Part shown: in pieces, positions 1 through 9,359 of the stretch | How the letters are laid out: each line of letters opens with the position of its first letter | Numbering within the stretch: position 1 is the first letter of the stretch | Origin: Candidatus Woesebacteria bacterium | Lineage (GTDB): Bacteria; Patescibacteriota; Microgenomatia; UBA8517 | Length of the DNA: 64,000 bases | NCBI GenBank assembly: GCA_013374855.1 | Contig: CP055308.1 | Coordinates: 725,310-789,309, forward strand | Reading direction: 5' to 3' | The notes under the pieces: generated by a model | Told to the model about the DNA's origin: nothing | Database searches by the model: none | What the model saw: only the letters and a program-made list of their open reading frames with translations | Position numbers and translations under genes: made by a program

Positions 1-1
1 A

Positions 2-202
2 AAACTGGCTGAAATTGATTTAAAATTAAGAGGTCCAGGAGAACTTTGGGGAACAAAACAGCACGGATTTCCAAAATTCAAAGCCGCAAATTGGCAGGAT
101 ACAAAACTAATCCAGTTAGCACGAAAAATATCAAAAAAAGCTCTTGTCTCCCCCAAAAAATATAAAAACTTACTCCTTGAGGCAAACATTACGAAATTCT
201 AA
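2..202 (+). CDS. recG: ATP-dependent DNA helicase RecG, C-terminal fragment (5' end lies outside the window)
   Basis: Frame 2 translates as [33 protein letters not shown]...KF*, matching the conserved RecG C-terminal DLxxRGPGExxGxxQxG motif. TAA stop at 200-202. Confidence 0.6.
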   Translation, partial: KLAEIDLKLRGPGELWGTKQHGFPKFKAANWQDTKLIQLARKISKKALVSPKKYKNLLLEANITKF

Positions 203-249
203 AATACCTATTGCACAAAAACAGCAAAACAGGATAAAATAAAACCTGT

Positions 250-405
250 ATGACACCTTTACCAAAAAGAAAACACACACATTCAAGAACAGGCAAAAGA
301 AAAAATAGCAGTTCCAATCGCTATTCCCTGCCACAAACTGCAAGATGCCCGAATTGCAAAAAACTAAAGATTATCCATCAAGTCTGTCTCCATTGCGGAA
401 AGTAA
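250..405 (+). CDS. rpmF: 50S ribosomal protein L32 (51 aa; below the ORF-track size cutoff)
   Basis: Translates as MTPLPKRKHTHSRTGKRKNSSSNRYSLPQTARCPNCKKLKIIHQVCLHCGK*. It has the L32 basic N-terminus plus the CPxC...H-x-VC-x2-CG zinc ribbon. The stop lies 1 nt before the nusB ATG. Confidence 0.75.
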   Translation: MTPLPKRKHTHSRTGKRKNSSSNRYSLPQTARCPNCKKLKIIHQVCLHCGK

Positions 406-406
406 A

Positions 407-772
407 ATGAAATCTCCCTATGACCCTCGACACCAAAAAAGAAGAGAGATAATAAAAGTACTTTTTGCAGAGGAATTTGTTCATCAAGAAAGAGACTTCT
501 CACTCATAGATAAAATACTTAAAAAGAAAAGCAGGATAGATAAAATGATAGAGGAATCAGCTCCCGAGTGGCCAATTGACAAAATTAATAAAATAGACCT
601 AGCTATACTGCGTCTTTCAGTTTTTGAGATGATTGAAAAAAAGGCTCCGCCCAAGGTTATAATAGACGAGGCAGTAGAACTTGCAAAAGAATTTGGCAGC
701 GAAAGTTCGCCTGCATTTGTAAACGGAGTTTTAGGAAGTATATACAAAAAAATTGAAAATGGAAAAAACTGA
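407..772 (+). CDS. nusB: transcription antitermination factor NusB
   Basis: DKIDLAILRLSVFEM...IDEAVELAKEFGSESSPAFVNGVLGSI matches the NusB family signature region. Confidence 0.8.
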   Translation: MKSPYDPRHQKRREIIKVLFAEEFVHQERDFSLIDKILKKKSRIDKMIEESAPEWPIDKINKIDLAILRLSVFEMIEKKAPPKVIIDEAVELAKEFGSESSPAFVNGVLGSIYKKIENGKN

Positions 773-1016
773 AAAAAACTACCAGAAAATAGAGAAAATA
801 GTAAAAGAGACATTATCTGAAATGCTTGGTATTGAAACAACAGATATAAGCAGTGATGATATTCTAACAGAGCATCTTCATATGGGACCTACTGAAATTA
901 CAGACTTAACTGAAAAATTAGCTCAAAGAGGAATTATCATAGAAAATGATATCTTCAAGGAAGTAATCACCGTGGGAGAGCTTATAGAATATATAATAAA
1001 CAATGTCGATTTCTAA
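753..1016 (+). CDS. acyl carrier protein-like small helical protein (canonical DSL serine not evident)
   Basis: KIVKETLSEMLGIETTDISSDDILTEHLHMGPTEITDLTEKLAQRGII..VITVGELIEYI aligns helix-for-helix with AcpP. At the position of the conserved GADSLD motif the sequence reads GPTEITD. The neighbourhood is recG..acp-like-rnc, as in Firmicutes. Confidence 0.45.
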   Translation: MKMEKTEKNYQKIEKIVKETLSEMLGIETTDISSDDILTEHLHMGPTEITDLTEKLAQRGIIIENDIFKEVITVGELIEYIINNVDF

Positions 1017-1689
1017 AATAGAAGAAATTAAAAAAAAGTTTAAAGATAAAAAAATTATCGAGGAAGCCTTAACTCACCGCTCCTGGGTTAATGAAAACAA
1101 GGGAGAAAAAAGAGATAACAATGAAAGATTAGAATTCTTGGGAGATGCAATTCTCGAATTTATAGTCTCAAAACACCTATTTTTCCAATTCCCAAAAAAA
1201 AATGAAGGCTTTTTAACCACACTGCGGTCAAACCTAGTAAACACAACAGGTTTGGCTTCGGTAGCAAGGGAGCTCGATTTGGGTAGACACCTATACCTCT
1301 CCAAAGGGGAAGAGGAAACAGGAGGAAGAACAAACCCTTCAATTCTTGCCGATACGGTAGAGGCTATAATCGGTGCTATTTATATAGACCAAGGATTGGA
1401 AAACACAGAAAAATTTATAGAAGAAAATATACTCTACAAAATTAAAGATCTAATAAAAAAACCGCTCAAAGACCCAAAAAGTAGACTGCAGGAAAAAATA
1501 CAAGCAGAAGGGATGCCAGCACCAAAATATGTAGTAGTAAAGGAAATGGGACCTGATCACCAAAAAACTTTCGTTGTAAGGGTAAGTATTAATGGAGAAC
1601 TGCTAGAAGAAGGCGTTGGGAAAAGCAAATCCGAAGCAGAACAACAGGCAGCGCAAAAAGCTCTTGATAAATTCGATAGAGACAATTAA
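1003..1689 (+). CDS. rnc: ribonuclease III
   Basis: Carries the ERLEFLGDAILEF RNase III signature, and DTVEAIIGAIY. The C-terminal dsRBD (KSKSEAEQQAAQKAL) is present. Confidence 0.9.
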   Translation: MSISKIEEIKKKFKDKKIIEEALTHRSWVNENKGEKRDNNERLEFLGDAILEFIVSKHLFFQFPKKNEGFLTTLRSNLVNTTGLASVARELDLGRHLYLSKGEEETGGRTNPSILADTVEAIIGAIYIDQGLENTEKFIEENILYKIKDLIKKPLKDPKSRLQEKIQAEGMPAPKYVVVKEMGPDHQKTFVVRVSINGELLEEGVGKSKSEAEQQAAQKALDKFDRDN

Positions 1690-1700
1690 AATTAAGCCTT

Positions 1701-1916
1701 ATGATCAAAATAAGACTAACAAGATTGGGGAAAAGAAACAATCCTTTTTACAGAATTGTAGCAATAGAAGAAAACAAAAAAAGGGAGGGGGAACCTATTG
1801 ATATTCTAGGTTTTTGGGATAAAAGTAATAAAAAAATAGAAATTAATAAGAACAAACTCGAAGAATGGAAGAAAAAAGGGGCTGTTGTTACAAAAGCGGT
1901 TGAAAATCTGCTATAA
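1701..1916 (+). CDS. rpsP: 30S ribosomal protein S16
   Basis: MIKIRLTRLGKRNNPFYRIVAIE is the classic S16 N-terminus. Confidence 0.9.
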   Translation: MIKIRLTRLGKRNNPFYRIVAIEENKKREGEPIDILGFWDKSNKKIEINKNKLEEWKKKGAVVTKAVENLL

Positions 1917-1920
1917 AAGC

Positions 1921-2151
1921 ATGGATGAATTATTAAAATTTCTACTAAACTCCATAAGCGGGGAGGATGTTCAATTCGAAAAAAAGGAAGATTCAGGTAT
2001 AATTACTTACACTATAAAACCTAAAAAAGAAAAAACAGGCCTTATAATAGGAAAAAACGGCAAAACAATAAAAGCCATTACCCAAATACTCAAGATAAAA
2101 GCAACAATAGAAAAAAAGAGAGTTTTTGTTAACCTAGAATCTCTTCAATAA
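1921..2151 (+). CDS. KH-domain RNA-binding protein (YlqC/UPF0109 family)
   Basis: The GLIIGKNGKTIKAI GxxG KH motif is present. The gene sits immediately after rpsP, as in rpsP-ylqC operons. The ATG at 1921 follows the rpsP stop. Confidence 0.7.
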   Translation: MDELLKFLLNSISGEDVQFEKKEDSGIITYTIKPKKEKTGLIIGKNGKTIKAITQILKIKATIEKKRVFVNLESLQ

Positions 2152-2168
2152 ACTCTAACAAAAAAGAA

Positions 2169-2897
2169 TCACTCAATAAAGGGGTTAGTTCTCGTGTATG
2201 GGCCTGTAGGAGACAATTGTTGACTAAATTGAAATCTTTCCATTTTGCTTAAGACTTCCAATGTTTTCTTTTCATCCTCAGTCAAATCTCTCAACGGAGT
2301 ATCAAGGCTAACAGCAGTTTTTGAGGCAATATAAGGAGACCAAAAATCTCGAATTTCCAAATCAGCAGTCAAAAGCTCACCTTCTGAAGAAAAATTAAAT
2401 CTTTCTACAGACATTAACGGAACAATATTTTCCACTCTTTTCAAGAACAAAAGAACCTGTTCCATTTCTCCAATTACTTCTAGCCTCACTCCATCAGTTA
2501 AAACCTGATCCCCTCCAGCTGATTCTGAAGAAGACAAAGAAACCTGATAGCTTTCAACAGGAAGGACATATTCTGAAAGTAAACTCTTAATCCCCATAAG
2601 AGTATTAAGAATCGGACTTTTAGTAGGCAAAAAAATAGCAGTTGAACTAAAATAAATAGGCACCGCATCGGAATTAAGCTTTTCCAACTTATTCTTTTTC
2701 TCAAGCAATAAAGACTCTTTCTTTCTTAGGTTATCTATTGTTCTTTTTTGTTCCAATACTTTAGATAAACCAACCTTAAAAACGACAATTATCAATAAGA
2801 GAAACATAAAAAAAGAAATAAAAGGCACAAAATCCGACAAATTAAACGTGTTGGTGTTAATTTTAACTCTAGAACCTGCACTTATATTTTCTTTCAT
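2169..2897 (-). CDS. pilO: type IV pilus assembly protein PilO-like (single TM plus coiled-coil/periplasmic domain)
   Basis: Has an N-terminal TM helix (FISFFMFLLLIIVVF) followed by a coiled-coil segment. It is the last gene after pilM and pilN. Confidence 0.45.
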   Translation of the reverse strand: MKENISAGSRVKINTNTFNLSDFVPFISFFMFLLLIIVVFKVGLSKVLEQKRTIDNLRKKESLLLEKKNKLEKLNSDAVPIYFSSTAIFLPTKSPILNTLMGIKSLLSEYVLPVESYQVSLSSSESAGGDQVLTDGVRLEVIGEMEQVLLFLKRVENIVPLMSVERFNFSSEGELLTADLEIRDFWSPYIASKTAVSLDTPLRDLTEDEKKTLEVLSKMERFQFSQQLSPTGPYTRTNPFIE

Positions 2898-3418
2898 ATT
2901 TTAAAATCTAACTGCAACTTATAACCTGAACTAGGACTAAACTCCAAGGAATCAACAACTACATTTTTGTAATTTTGATTTTCCTTAATAGCAGAAAGCA
3001 ACCCCATCAAATCCTGATAACTGAAAACCACCAAAGAAAATGACAAGCTGCCTTTGTTAATTTCTCCTTTTTCTAAACTCCAAGAATTAATTTTATCCAA
3101 AAAAGACTTTAAATCTTCAGCTCTTTTCAAAGAATCACGCGAAGATAAAATTACCTGAGCTTTTTGAGCTCTATCACCAATGAAATTGTACTTTTCTTCA
3201 ACTTCAGTAAGTGCTTTCAGATCATTTTGTAAAGAGGACTCGCTTCTCTTTAAAGAATCTATTTTACCTTGATTCAAAATTATCAAAAAAACAAAAACCA
3301 AAGAAAAAACAAAAAAAATCAAAGCCAAGACTAAACTTACACCTCTCAGAGAACGACCTGCTTCTGAAAAAGACAAAACCCTACGCCTCTTGGAAATTAG
3401 TAAATTTACTTCACTCAT
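2894..3418 (-). CDS. pilN: type IV pilus assembly protein PilN-like
   Basis: Short cytoplasmic N-terminus, one TM helix (VSLVLALIFFVFSLVFVFLIIL), then a coiled coil. Overlaps pilM and pilO by 4 nt. Confidence 0.5.
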   Translation of the reverse strand: MSEVNLLISKRRRVLSFSEAGRSLRGVSLVLALIFFVFSLVFVFLIILNQGKIDSLKRSESSLQNDLKALTEVEEKYNFIGDRAQKAQVILSSRDSLKRAEDLKSFLDKINSWSLEKGEINKGSLSFSLVVFSYQDLMGLLSAIKENQNYKNVVVDSLEFSPSSGYKLQLDFKI

Positions 3419-3421
3419 AAA

Positions 3422-4429
3422 TTATTCCCTTTCAGCTAGTCCTACAGCCACACCATACAAATGAGAATAATCAGAAATTTGCTTCCTTAATTCTTCAGAT
3501 AAAGAAATATTTGCAAAAGAGTCTCCCAAAATAACTTCCTGGCTAAACTCTTTAACAAGATAAGACAACAAACCCGGCATACCTGCCGTTCCTCCACAAA
3601 TAATTATTTGTTTCACCTGAGATCTTTCTTCAGATTCAAAATATTGTATAGCCTTCTTAATCTCATCTAAAACAAAACGTAGTGGAAACTCCATAGCCTG
3701 AAGTAATTTTCTATCAAGTTTATCCTCTAATAGGCCATAGGATTTTTTATACTCTTCAGCTTGCATCGCTTCTATTCTCAAATTTTGAACTATAGCCCTC
3801 GTCAAAGATTCGCCTCCCCCTTGAATAGAACGAGAAAAATAAAGATTTCCATTTTTGGCTATACCAACATCTACAGACAAAGAACCAAAATTAACAATAG
3901 CAACAGGTTCAGAAACTCTGCCAAATACACGGGAAACAGAGATTAATTCGTTCTCTACAGCCAATACTTTAAGACCTGCCATCTCTGCTAAAGCTAAATA
4001 CTTTTCAATATAAGACGATCTGGCTGCAACCAAAAGAACTTTAACACCCTCTGAAATATTATTGCTCCTCTCCAATATCTTGTTTTGCACAACTGCTTCC
4101 TCAAGCGGTATCGGAATGTACTGGTCAAGCTGCCATTTAAGAGCAGCCTCTATTTCATGATCTGAAAGGGAAGGGAAATTAACGGTTTTAACAAAAACAA
4201 ACCTTTCAGGAAGCGAAATATTCACACTTCGTGAAGATATCTTTGCTTCATTAAAAAGCTTCCTTATCAAATCAGCAACAGGCACCAGCTCCTTCTCCTC
4301 TTTGACAGCTTCAAGAGAAACTCCAGAATAAGCCACTATACCAGAACCCTTGAGAGCAAAGCCTTCACCTTCCTTGGTTAGTTCTACTACTTTAATTGTT
4401 TTGGAGCCTATATCAAGACCTACAGACAT
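3422..4429 (-). CDS. pilM: type IV pilus assembly protein PilM (actin-like ATPase fold)
   Basis: MSVGLDIGSKTIKVVEL... shows the FtsA/PilM-like fold, with the ...ICGGTAGMPGL glycine motif. Confidence 0.8.
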   Translation of the reverse strand: MSVGLDIGSKTIKVVELTKEGEGFALKGSGIVAYSGVSLEAVKEEKELVPVADLIRKLFNEAKISSRSVNISLPERFVFVKTVNFPSLSDHEIEAALKWQLDQYIPIPLEEAVVQNKILERSNNISEGVKVLLVAARSSYIEKYLALAEMAGLKVLAVENELISVSRVFGRVSEPVAIVNFGSLSVDVGIAKNGNLYFSRSIQGGGESLTRAIVQNLRIEAMQAEEYKKSYGLLEDKLDRKLLQAMEFPLRFVLDEIKKAIQYFESEERSQVKQIIICGGTAGMPGLLSYLVKEFSQEVILGDSFANISLSEELRKQISDYSHLYGVAVGLAERE

Positions 4430-4432
4430 TTT

Positions 4433-5302
4433 TTACTTTGTAAGACCCCCAGTTTTGCTGACTAAACCTGCTTCAAAGATAGAAAGTGGAGCACGATAGA
4501 GCTCAACTACTTCAACTCTCCTTGAGGCTTGCCCCGCAGTACCCAAAGAACTAATCCTACGTCCTTGAGAAGGAAAACTCTGACCCACAGGAGCTTTAAC
4601 CGCAAAGCTCTGGGGAGTTGAATTATAAATGAACCTAATGCGAGCAAAAAGAGGTCCTAAAAACGGATTGATAGGAATAGAATCAACAGTGGCTTTATAA
4701 GAATAATCTCCGCAATCCTCTACTGAAGGAGTAGCAAAACCCGGAGAACGACCCGCCTGAGGATCAAAAGCATACCTTTTAACTCTTATGCTAGAAAAAT
4801 TTCCACCAAATACTTGATCTCTGTTCCCATAATAAACTACAACTTCTAAAGCAGGCAGATCAGAATTAGAACCCCAGCACAAATCGAAGCTATTACCACT
4901 AAAACATGGCTTACCTGTGCAAGTCATTTGATTAGGGTTATTATCGTCATGAGAAACAAACCAAAGTGTGGCTACCTCTCCGTTTTTATACCTAGAATCA
5001 AAATCAGCAAAATTAATAAAATTCCCCGCTCCCAAATCCGAAGGTACTACATTAAAGCTTGCTCCAGATTCGGTAAAGTTACCAGTTGTAACGCCACTTG
5101 AAAGAAAATTTTCAATCCCCGCCTCTGCTGCTGAAAAAGCTTTAGAAGATTCCTCTTCTGTTGTAGTTATAGAAACATCGGTTACTGACCTTGAAGCAAT
5201 AGAAAGAACAACGGTTAATACAACAGCCATCCCCAAAAGAACAAGCAAAACAGCCTGACCCGAATTTCTGCCTGAACTTTTAAAAAAGGCAGGAACACTC
5301 AT
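4433..5302 (-). CDS. pilus-associated protein with N-terminal TM anchor (PilX-like/minor pilin-like)
   Basis: N-terminal hydrophobic helix AVLLVLLGMAVVLTVVLSIA without a GFTLIE cleavage motif. Its position between the minor pilins and pilM supports the call. Confidence 0.35.
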   Translation of the reverse strand: MSVPAFFKSSGRNSGQAVLLVLLGMAVVLTVVLSIASRSVTDVSITTTEEESSKAFSAAEAGIENFLSSGVTTGNFTESGASFNVVPSDLGAGNFINFADFDSRYKNGEVATLWFVSHDDNNPNQMTCTGKPCFSGNSFDLCWGSNSDLPALEVVVYYGNRDQVFGGNFSSIRVKRYAFDPQAGRSPGFATPSVEDCGDYSYKATVDSIPINPFLGPLFARIRFIYNSTPQSFAVKAPVGQSFPSQGRRISSLGTAGQASRRVEVVELYRAPLSIFEAGLVSKTGGLTK

Positions 5303-5345
5303 AGTTTCATTGTAAATAACCCAAAAAAAAAGTCAAGAGCAGATA

Positions 5346-5843
5346 CTAATAATTCCGCAAAACAACACGACCTGTAACACTTATCGCATCAGACTCAATA
5401 CTTGTTACACCTTTAGTTCTTGCAGCAAGATAGATCGTTACGTATTTATCTGTAGGGGAAAAACTAAAATTGCAAGAAGTAATAAAAAGATTTGAACCAG
5501 TTAAATCTTGACCATCCATTACCAATTTTCTATCAGAACCAGAAACAATAGGGCATGAAACACTTACATTTTGATCGTTTTGATTTTTGAAAATAATACT
5601 AGTCGAGCCAACCGCCACAGTACCTGTTTTCGCTTCTCTTAAATTTCTTTCAATCCTAGCAATAGCATTCTCAAGTTCAGCCCTTACTTTTACTGCAGAT
5701 TCACTCTTTTTAGACCCCTTCACAGAATACAAAACCATAGAACCAATAAGAACGGCCAAACCAGCAAAAACACCTGTTACCACAAGCATCTCAATTAAAG
5801 AAAAACCACCAATATTGGAAAAACCTTTCATATTATTCCTCAC
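5346..5843 (-). CDS. prepilin-type N-terminal cleavage/methylation domain protein (minor pilin)
   Basis: Contains the KGFSNIGGFSLIEMLVVTGVFAGLAVL class-III signal motif. Confidence 0.6.
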   Translation of the reverse strand: MRNNMKGFSNIGGFSLIEMLVVTGVFAGLAVLIGSMVLYSVKGSKKSESAVKVRAELENAIARIERNLREAKTGTVAVGSTSIIFKNQNDQNVSVSCPIVSGSDRKLVMDGQDLTGSNLFITSCNFSFSPTDKYVTIYLAARTKGVTSIESDAISVTGRVVLRNY

Positions 5844-6303
5844 TAGTAAATACTGTAGTCAAAGTTACTATGTGCTCTCCCTGATTGTCTGTCCATTTTA
5901 CATCAACAGTTGATTTGACACTCTGTTTTCCAATACCAGTCAAATACCTATATAACCTCGCCTCACGCTTGTAAATTTTACCTGTCATATTGTTCACACA
6001 ACTCCCAGAAGAAGACCAATTCAAATTATTTAGACAATAGTCGGTATCATTAGAACCGTCATCACCATCTGCTTTATTATAAAAATCGGACCAATTTCTC
6101 TTCTTTTCGCTTCTTAACCATTCCATTGCCTCTTCCGCCAAACGTTTTGCTTCTGTGTCTTGCTTTGCACGGTAGGCAGTTTTAATCGAAACTGCCGAAA
6201 GCCCAACAACAGCAACAACAATCATCACAGCCAAAGTTAAAGCTACAAGAAGCTCTATTAAAAATTGTCCTTTATCTTTCTTAATATTTATTTTGATTAC
6301 CAT
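5833..6303 (-). CDS. minor pilin-like protein (PilV/PilW-like)
   Basis: KGQFLIELLVALTLAVMIVVAV N-terminal prepilin-like helix. Confidence 0.5.
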   Translation of the reverse strand: MVIKINIKKDKGQFLIELLVALTLAVMIVVAVVGLSAVSIKTAYRAKQDTEAKRLAEEAMEWLRSEKKRNWSDFYNKADGDDGSNDTDYCLNNLNWSSSGSCVNNMTGKIYKREARLYRYLTGIGKQSVKSTVDVKWTDNQGEHIVTLTTVFTSEE

Positions 6304-6306
6304 TCT

Positions 6307-6825
6307 CTATTGTTCAGCCACACTAATTTGTCCTCCAGGAGTAATAAAAACACTAACCGGGAATAAACCAGAGAGTAACGACACAGTTACTTGCTTAGTT
6401 GCCAACAAACTTGTATTTCCCTTTGGGGTATAAAAAACAACACCATCCAAACCATAAGAATCACTGGGAGAATTAAAATTGCCAATTGTAAAAGAGCTCG
6501 GAATGCTTACACTCAAGCTATTAATATAAGAATTACTACCTCCACTCCTACATACACCCCTAATTTGATACGTTGTACCACTCAACCAACGAAACTGATA
6601 ACCAAGTAAATAACCTGAAGCACAACTACCTTTACCAGACATAGCATAACTTTGAGCCTTGCGCAAGTCACCCTCAATCTTTCTTGCTGCCGCCCAAACT
6701 GCCTGTCTCTGAGAATAGCGACGAAAGTTAGCATAACCCAAGCCAAATAAAATAGAAATAACAAGAACAGAAACTAAAACTTCTATTAATGTGAAACCAA
6801 AATAAAAGGGCGGTCTATCACGCAT
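6307..6825 (-). CDS. minor pilin (FimT/GspH-like)
   Basis: FYFGFTLIEVLVSVLVISILFGL prepilin motif. Confidence 0.55.
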   Translation of the reverse strand: MRDRPPFYFGFTLIEVLVSVLVISILFGLGYANFRRYSQRQAVWAAARKIEGDLRKAQSYAMSGKGSCASGYLLGYQFRWLSGTTYQIRGVCRSGGSNSYINSLSVSIPSSFTIGNFNSPSDSYGLDGVVFYTPKGNTSLLATKQVTVSLLSGLFPVSVFITPGGQISVAEQ

Positions 6826-6828
6826 AAA

Positions 6829-7287
6829 TTAAGGATTGGTAACTTTATAATTGCAACTAACACCACTGCCACAAGAGGTTCCACAACCAGACACAGAACC
6901 ACTTGCTGACTCAAGAGAAGCACAAAGAGCATAAGAAACACAATTTCCACTAACACTAGAGGTGCAGGAATAAGTATAATTTCTAGTAGTCCCTAAAGGA
7001 TCTGTAGGAATCGAGCTTATATAATTAGGGACAAGAGAAGGAATGGAAGATAGATTCATACCTGAACTAGTGGATGGGTATTTACCATTGTCCGCCTTAT
7101 ACATCTCAAGTGCAGATCTCACTGCTTCCAAATCAGATTTTCTTTTGGCATCACGCGAACTCCTCCGAGCATTTTGAATTCCAAAAAAAGAAAGGGAGAG
7201 CAATATCCCAATAATAGAAATTACAACTAAAAGTTCTACTAAAGTAAAACCTTCTGTTTTATTAGCTAACTTCCTCATAACATACAA
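6829..7287 (-). CDS. type IV pilin
   Basis: EGFTLVELLVVISIIGIL...RRSSRDAKRKSDLEAVRSALEMYKADNGKYP, with a Cys-rich C-terminus. Confidence 0.75.
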   Translation of the reverse strand: MYVMRKLANKTEGFTLVELLVVISIIGILLSLSFFGIQNARRSSRDAKRKSDLEAVRSALEMYKADNGKYPSTSSGMNLSSIPSLVPNYISSIPTDPLGTTRNYTYSCTSSVSGNCVSYALCASLESASGSVSGCGTSCGSGVSCNYKVTNP

Positions 7288-7290
7288 ACA

Positions 7291-7734
7291 TTATAAAGGA
7301 CAAACATTAGATTGACTCGGAATAGTATTTGTTTCGCCGGATTTACCATTGGAACAAACAACCCAGTATTGATAAGTTGAATAAGCTTCTAAATTAGCTC
7401 TCAAAGAATATTGAGATTGATCGCTACTATAAACATAAAAATAGGTACTAGATCCACCTGATGGGTCATTGGGACAGTTAGACAAACCTAAACTAGTGCA
7501 AAGATTAGAAAAGATAACATTAGGATAAAGACCATTATTATTATTTGCATAATTCTCAAGAGCTGTCTGGTATTGCCTTAAATCAGATTTTCTTCTTGTA
7601 TCCCGAGCCTGCTTTTGAGAACGAGAATAAGAAACTAAAGCCAACGAAGCAAGTATACCAATAATGGAAATAACTACCAAGAGCTCAATAAGAGTAAATC
7701 CAAAAATCTTACTTTTGCCTTTCTTAACTAACAT
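7291..7734 (-). CDS. type IV pilin
   Basis: FGFTLIELLVVISIIGILASLA...RDTRRKSDLRQYQTALENY. Confidence 0.75.
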   Translation of the reverse strand: MLVKKGKSKIFGFTLIELLVVISIIGILASLALVSYSRSQKQARDTRRKSDLRQYQTALENYANNNNGLYPNVIFSNLCTSLGLSNCPNDPSGGSSTYFYVYSSDQSQYSLRANLEAYSTYQYWVVCSNGKSGETNTIPSQSNVCPL

Positions 7735-7736
7735 AA

Positions 7737-8219
7737 TCAGGGTTTAACAAAATACTCACAACCACTAGCCGAAGGGAATCTATTTGACGAACAACTTGTA
7801 TAAATACACTTATCATCAGCCTTATTTTCTAAACAAGCATACAAAGTATAATCACCGGTAGCAGAATCATAGTCATAATAATAACTTCTATCAGAAGAGG
7901 GATCTTTTGGCAATACATTCATATAAACAACCCCATTAGAAGAAAAGGAACCGCCCCAATCACAAACTGACGAACCAGTCCCACAACCTGATATCCTACC
8001 GCTACTTGCTGGCGGATATCTACCCTTGTCATTATAGTAAACTCTCAAAGCTGTCTGAATATTTCGAAGATCAGACTTCCTTTGCGCATCACGAGCACGT
8101 TGACGCGTAGCGTTGTAGTTAGCAACAAGTAAAGTTGCCAAAATTCCAATTATGGACACTACAACCAAAAGTTCAACCAAAGTAAAACCGAAAGAATTTA
8201 TCTTTGAATTTTTTATCAT
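7737..8219 (-). CDS. type IV pilin
   Basis: FGFTLVELLVVVSIIGILATL...RDAQRKSDLRNIQTALRVYYNDKGRYP. Confidence 0.75.
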   Translation of the reverse strand: MIKNSKINSFGFTLVELLVVVSIIGILATLLVANYNATRQRARDAQRKSDLRNIQTALRVYYNDKGRYPPASSGRISGCGTGSSVCDWGGSFSSNGVVYMNVLPKDPSSDRSYYYDYDSATGDYTLYACLENKADDKCIYTSCSSNRFPSASGCEYFVKP

Positions 8220-8222
8220 ATC

Positions 8223-8771
8223 CTAAGGCAGAGCAGTATCCGTTGGTCTTACATTAGCACTAGTTATGGCAAAGTTGCAAGGCCCCCCACAACTACTACC
8301 AGCAGGTATTCCTGTAGAAGAACAATCAGAATTAACACAATTTTGATCTTTAGGATTTTCTAAATGTGCGTAAAGCTGGAACGCAGAAGACGAGGCCACA
8401 TAATAATAAGAAAATCCAGAAGGATCAGCAGGTAGCGCTTTAAAATAAATTACCCCAGTTGAGCTATCTTTAAATTCGCCAGAACCCCAAGAACACGTTC
8501 CAGTAGAGTAAGGACAAGCAACAATCTGACCATTATTTGAAGCAGGATAACGACCTTTATCTGAGTAAAACATCTCCAATGCATTGGCAATTTGCTTTAG
8601 ATCTGATTTTCTTTTCGCATCACGAGATCTCATCTGAGAAGACTGAAAACTATTTAAACCAACAGTAGACAAAATTCCCAAAATAGCTATTACTACAAGA
8701 AGCTCTATTAAAGTAAAACCAGATTGCTTTTTACACCTAAAGTTATAATTAGTTTTAGGCAGTCTAAACAT
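8223..8771 (-). CDS. type IV pilin
   Basis: SGFTLIELLVVIAILGILSTV...RDAKRKSDLKQIANALEMFYSDKGRYP. Confidence 0.75.
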   Translation of the reverse strand: MFRLPKTNYNFRCKKQSGFTLIELLVVIAILGILSTVGLNSFQSSQMRSRDAKRKSDLKQIANALEMFYSDKGRYPASNNGQIVACPYSTGTCSWGSGEFKDSSTGVIYFKALPADPSGFSYYYVASSSAFQLYAHLENPKDQNCVNSDCSSTGIPAGSSCGGPCNFAITSANVRPTDTALP

Positions 8772-8789
8772 ATAATTATATTAACAAGT

Positions 8790-9359
8790 CTATTTAACCA
8801 CCGCAACACCATTAGTCCTGGCTGTATTGCAAAAACGCACACCGCAACTTATCTTTTGATAAAGAATGTTCTTACTGTAATCGGGCATTCTTTTAGTTTC
8901 ATAAGCTGCATAAATAAAATATTTACCATCCTTAAAAAAATATATATAACTAAAACCTTTATAAGATAGGGGGTCTTGGGGAATTTTTTCAAGAAAAGGA
9001 GGATAATTGCTATCTAAAGGATCACGGAGGCTATCCTTACCCCAATCGCAAGGGACCATATCTACAATTTTGTCTCTCAAAGCACCAGACTCTTTTACAC
9101 TCATACCTGTCTTATCTCTTAATACTTTCGTATTATCATCTGCACAAGCAATTATTCTACCGTCTTCACTAGAATCTGGATAATATCCAAACACCCTCCT
9201 GTAATCTTCCAGAGCTCGGGCAATATTACCAATATCTTCACTTCTTCTTAAATCTCTCTCTCTTTTGAGAGACTCACTAAAGCCAAAAACTGAGACCAAA
9301 AAAACAATAAAAAAAATTAAAAACAACCTCAAAATGTCTTTTATTAATAAGGGTTGCAT
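8790..9359 (-). CDS. divergent pilin-like protein without the canonical prepilin cleavage motif
   Basis: Keeps the post-helix pilin block RDLRRSEDIGNIARALEDY...GYYP. However, the hydrophobic segment (ILRLFLIFFIVFLVSVF) precedes rather than follows the GF dipeptide, so it looks like a Sec-type signal. Confidence 0.45.
   Translation of the reverse strand: MQPLLIKDILRLFLIFFIVFLVSVFGFSESLKRERDLRRSEDIGNIARALEDYRRVFGYYPDSSEDGRIIACADDNTKVLRDKTGMSVKESGALRDKIVDMVPCDWGKDSLRDPLDSNYPPFLEKIPQDPLSYKGFSYIYFFKDGKYFIYAAYETKRMPDYSKNILYQKISCGVRFCNTARTNGVAVVK

Noticed and set aside
3211-5258. Short plus-strand ORFs antisense to the pil genes (3211-3420, 3761-3946, 4968-5258 and similar), and the analogous antisense ORFs inside gyrB, hppA, gyrA and the antiporter
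   Set aside because: They lie wholly inside well-supported genes on the opposite strand. They show low-complexity or biased composition and no motifs. They are treated as spurious.
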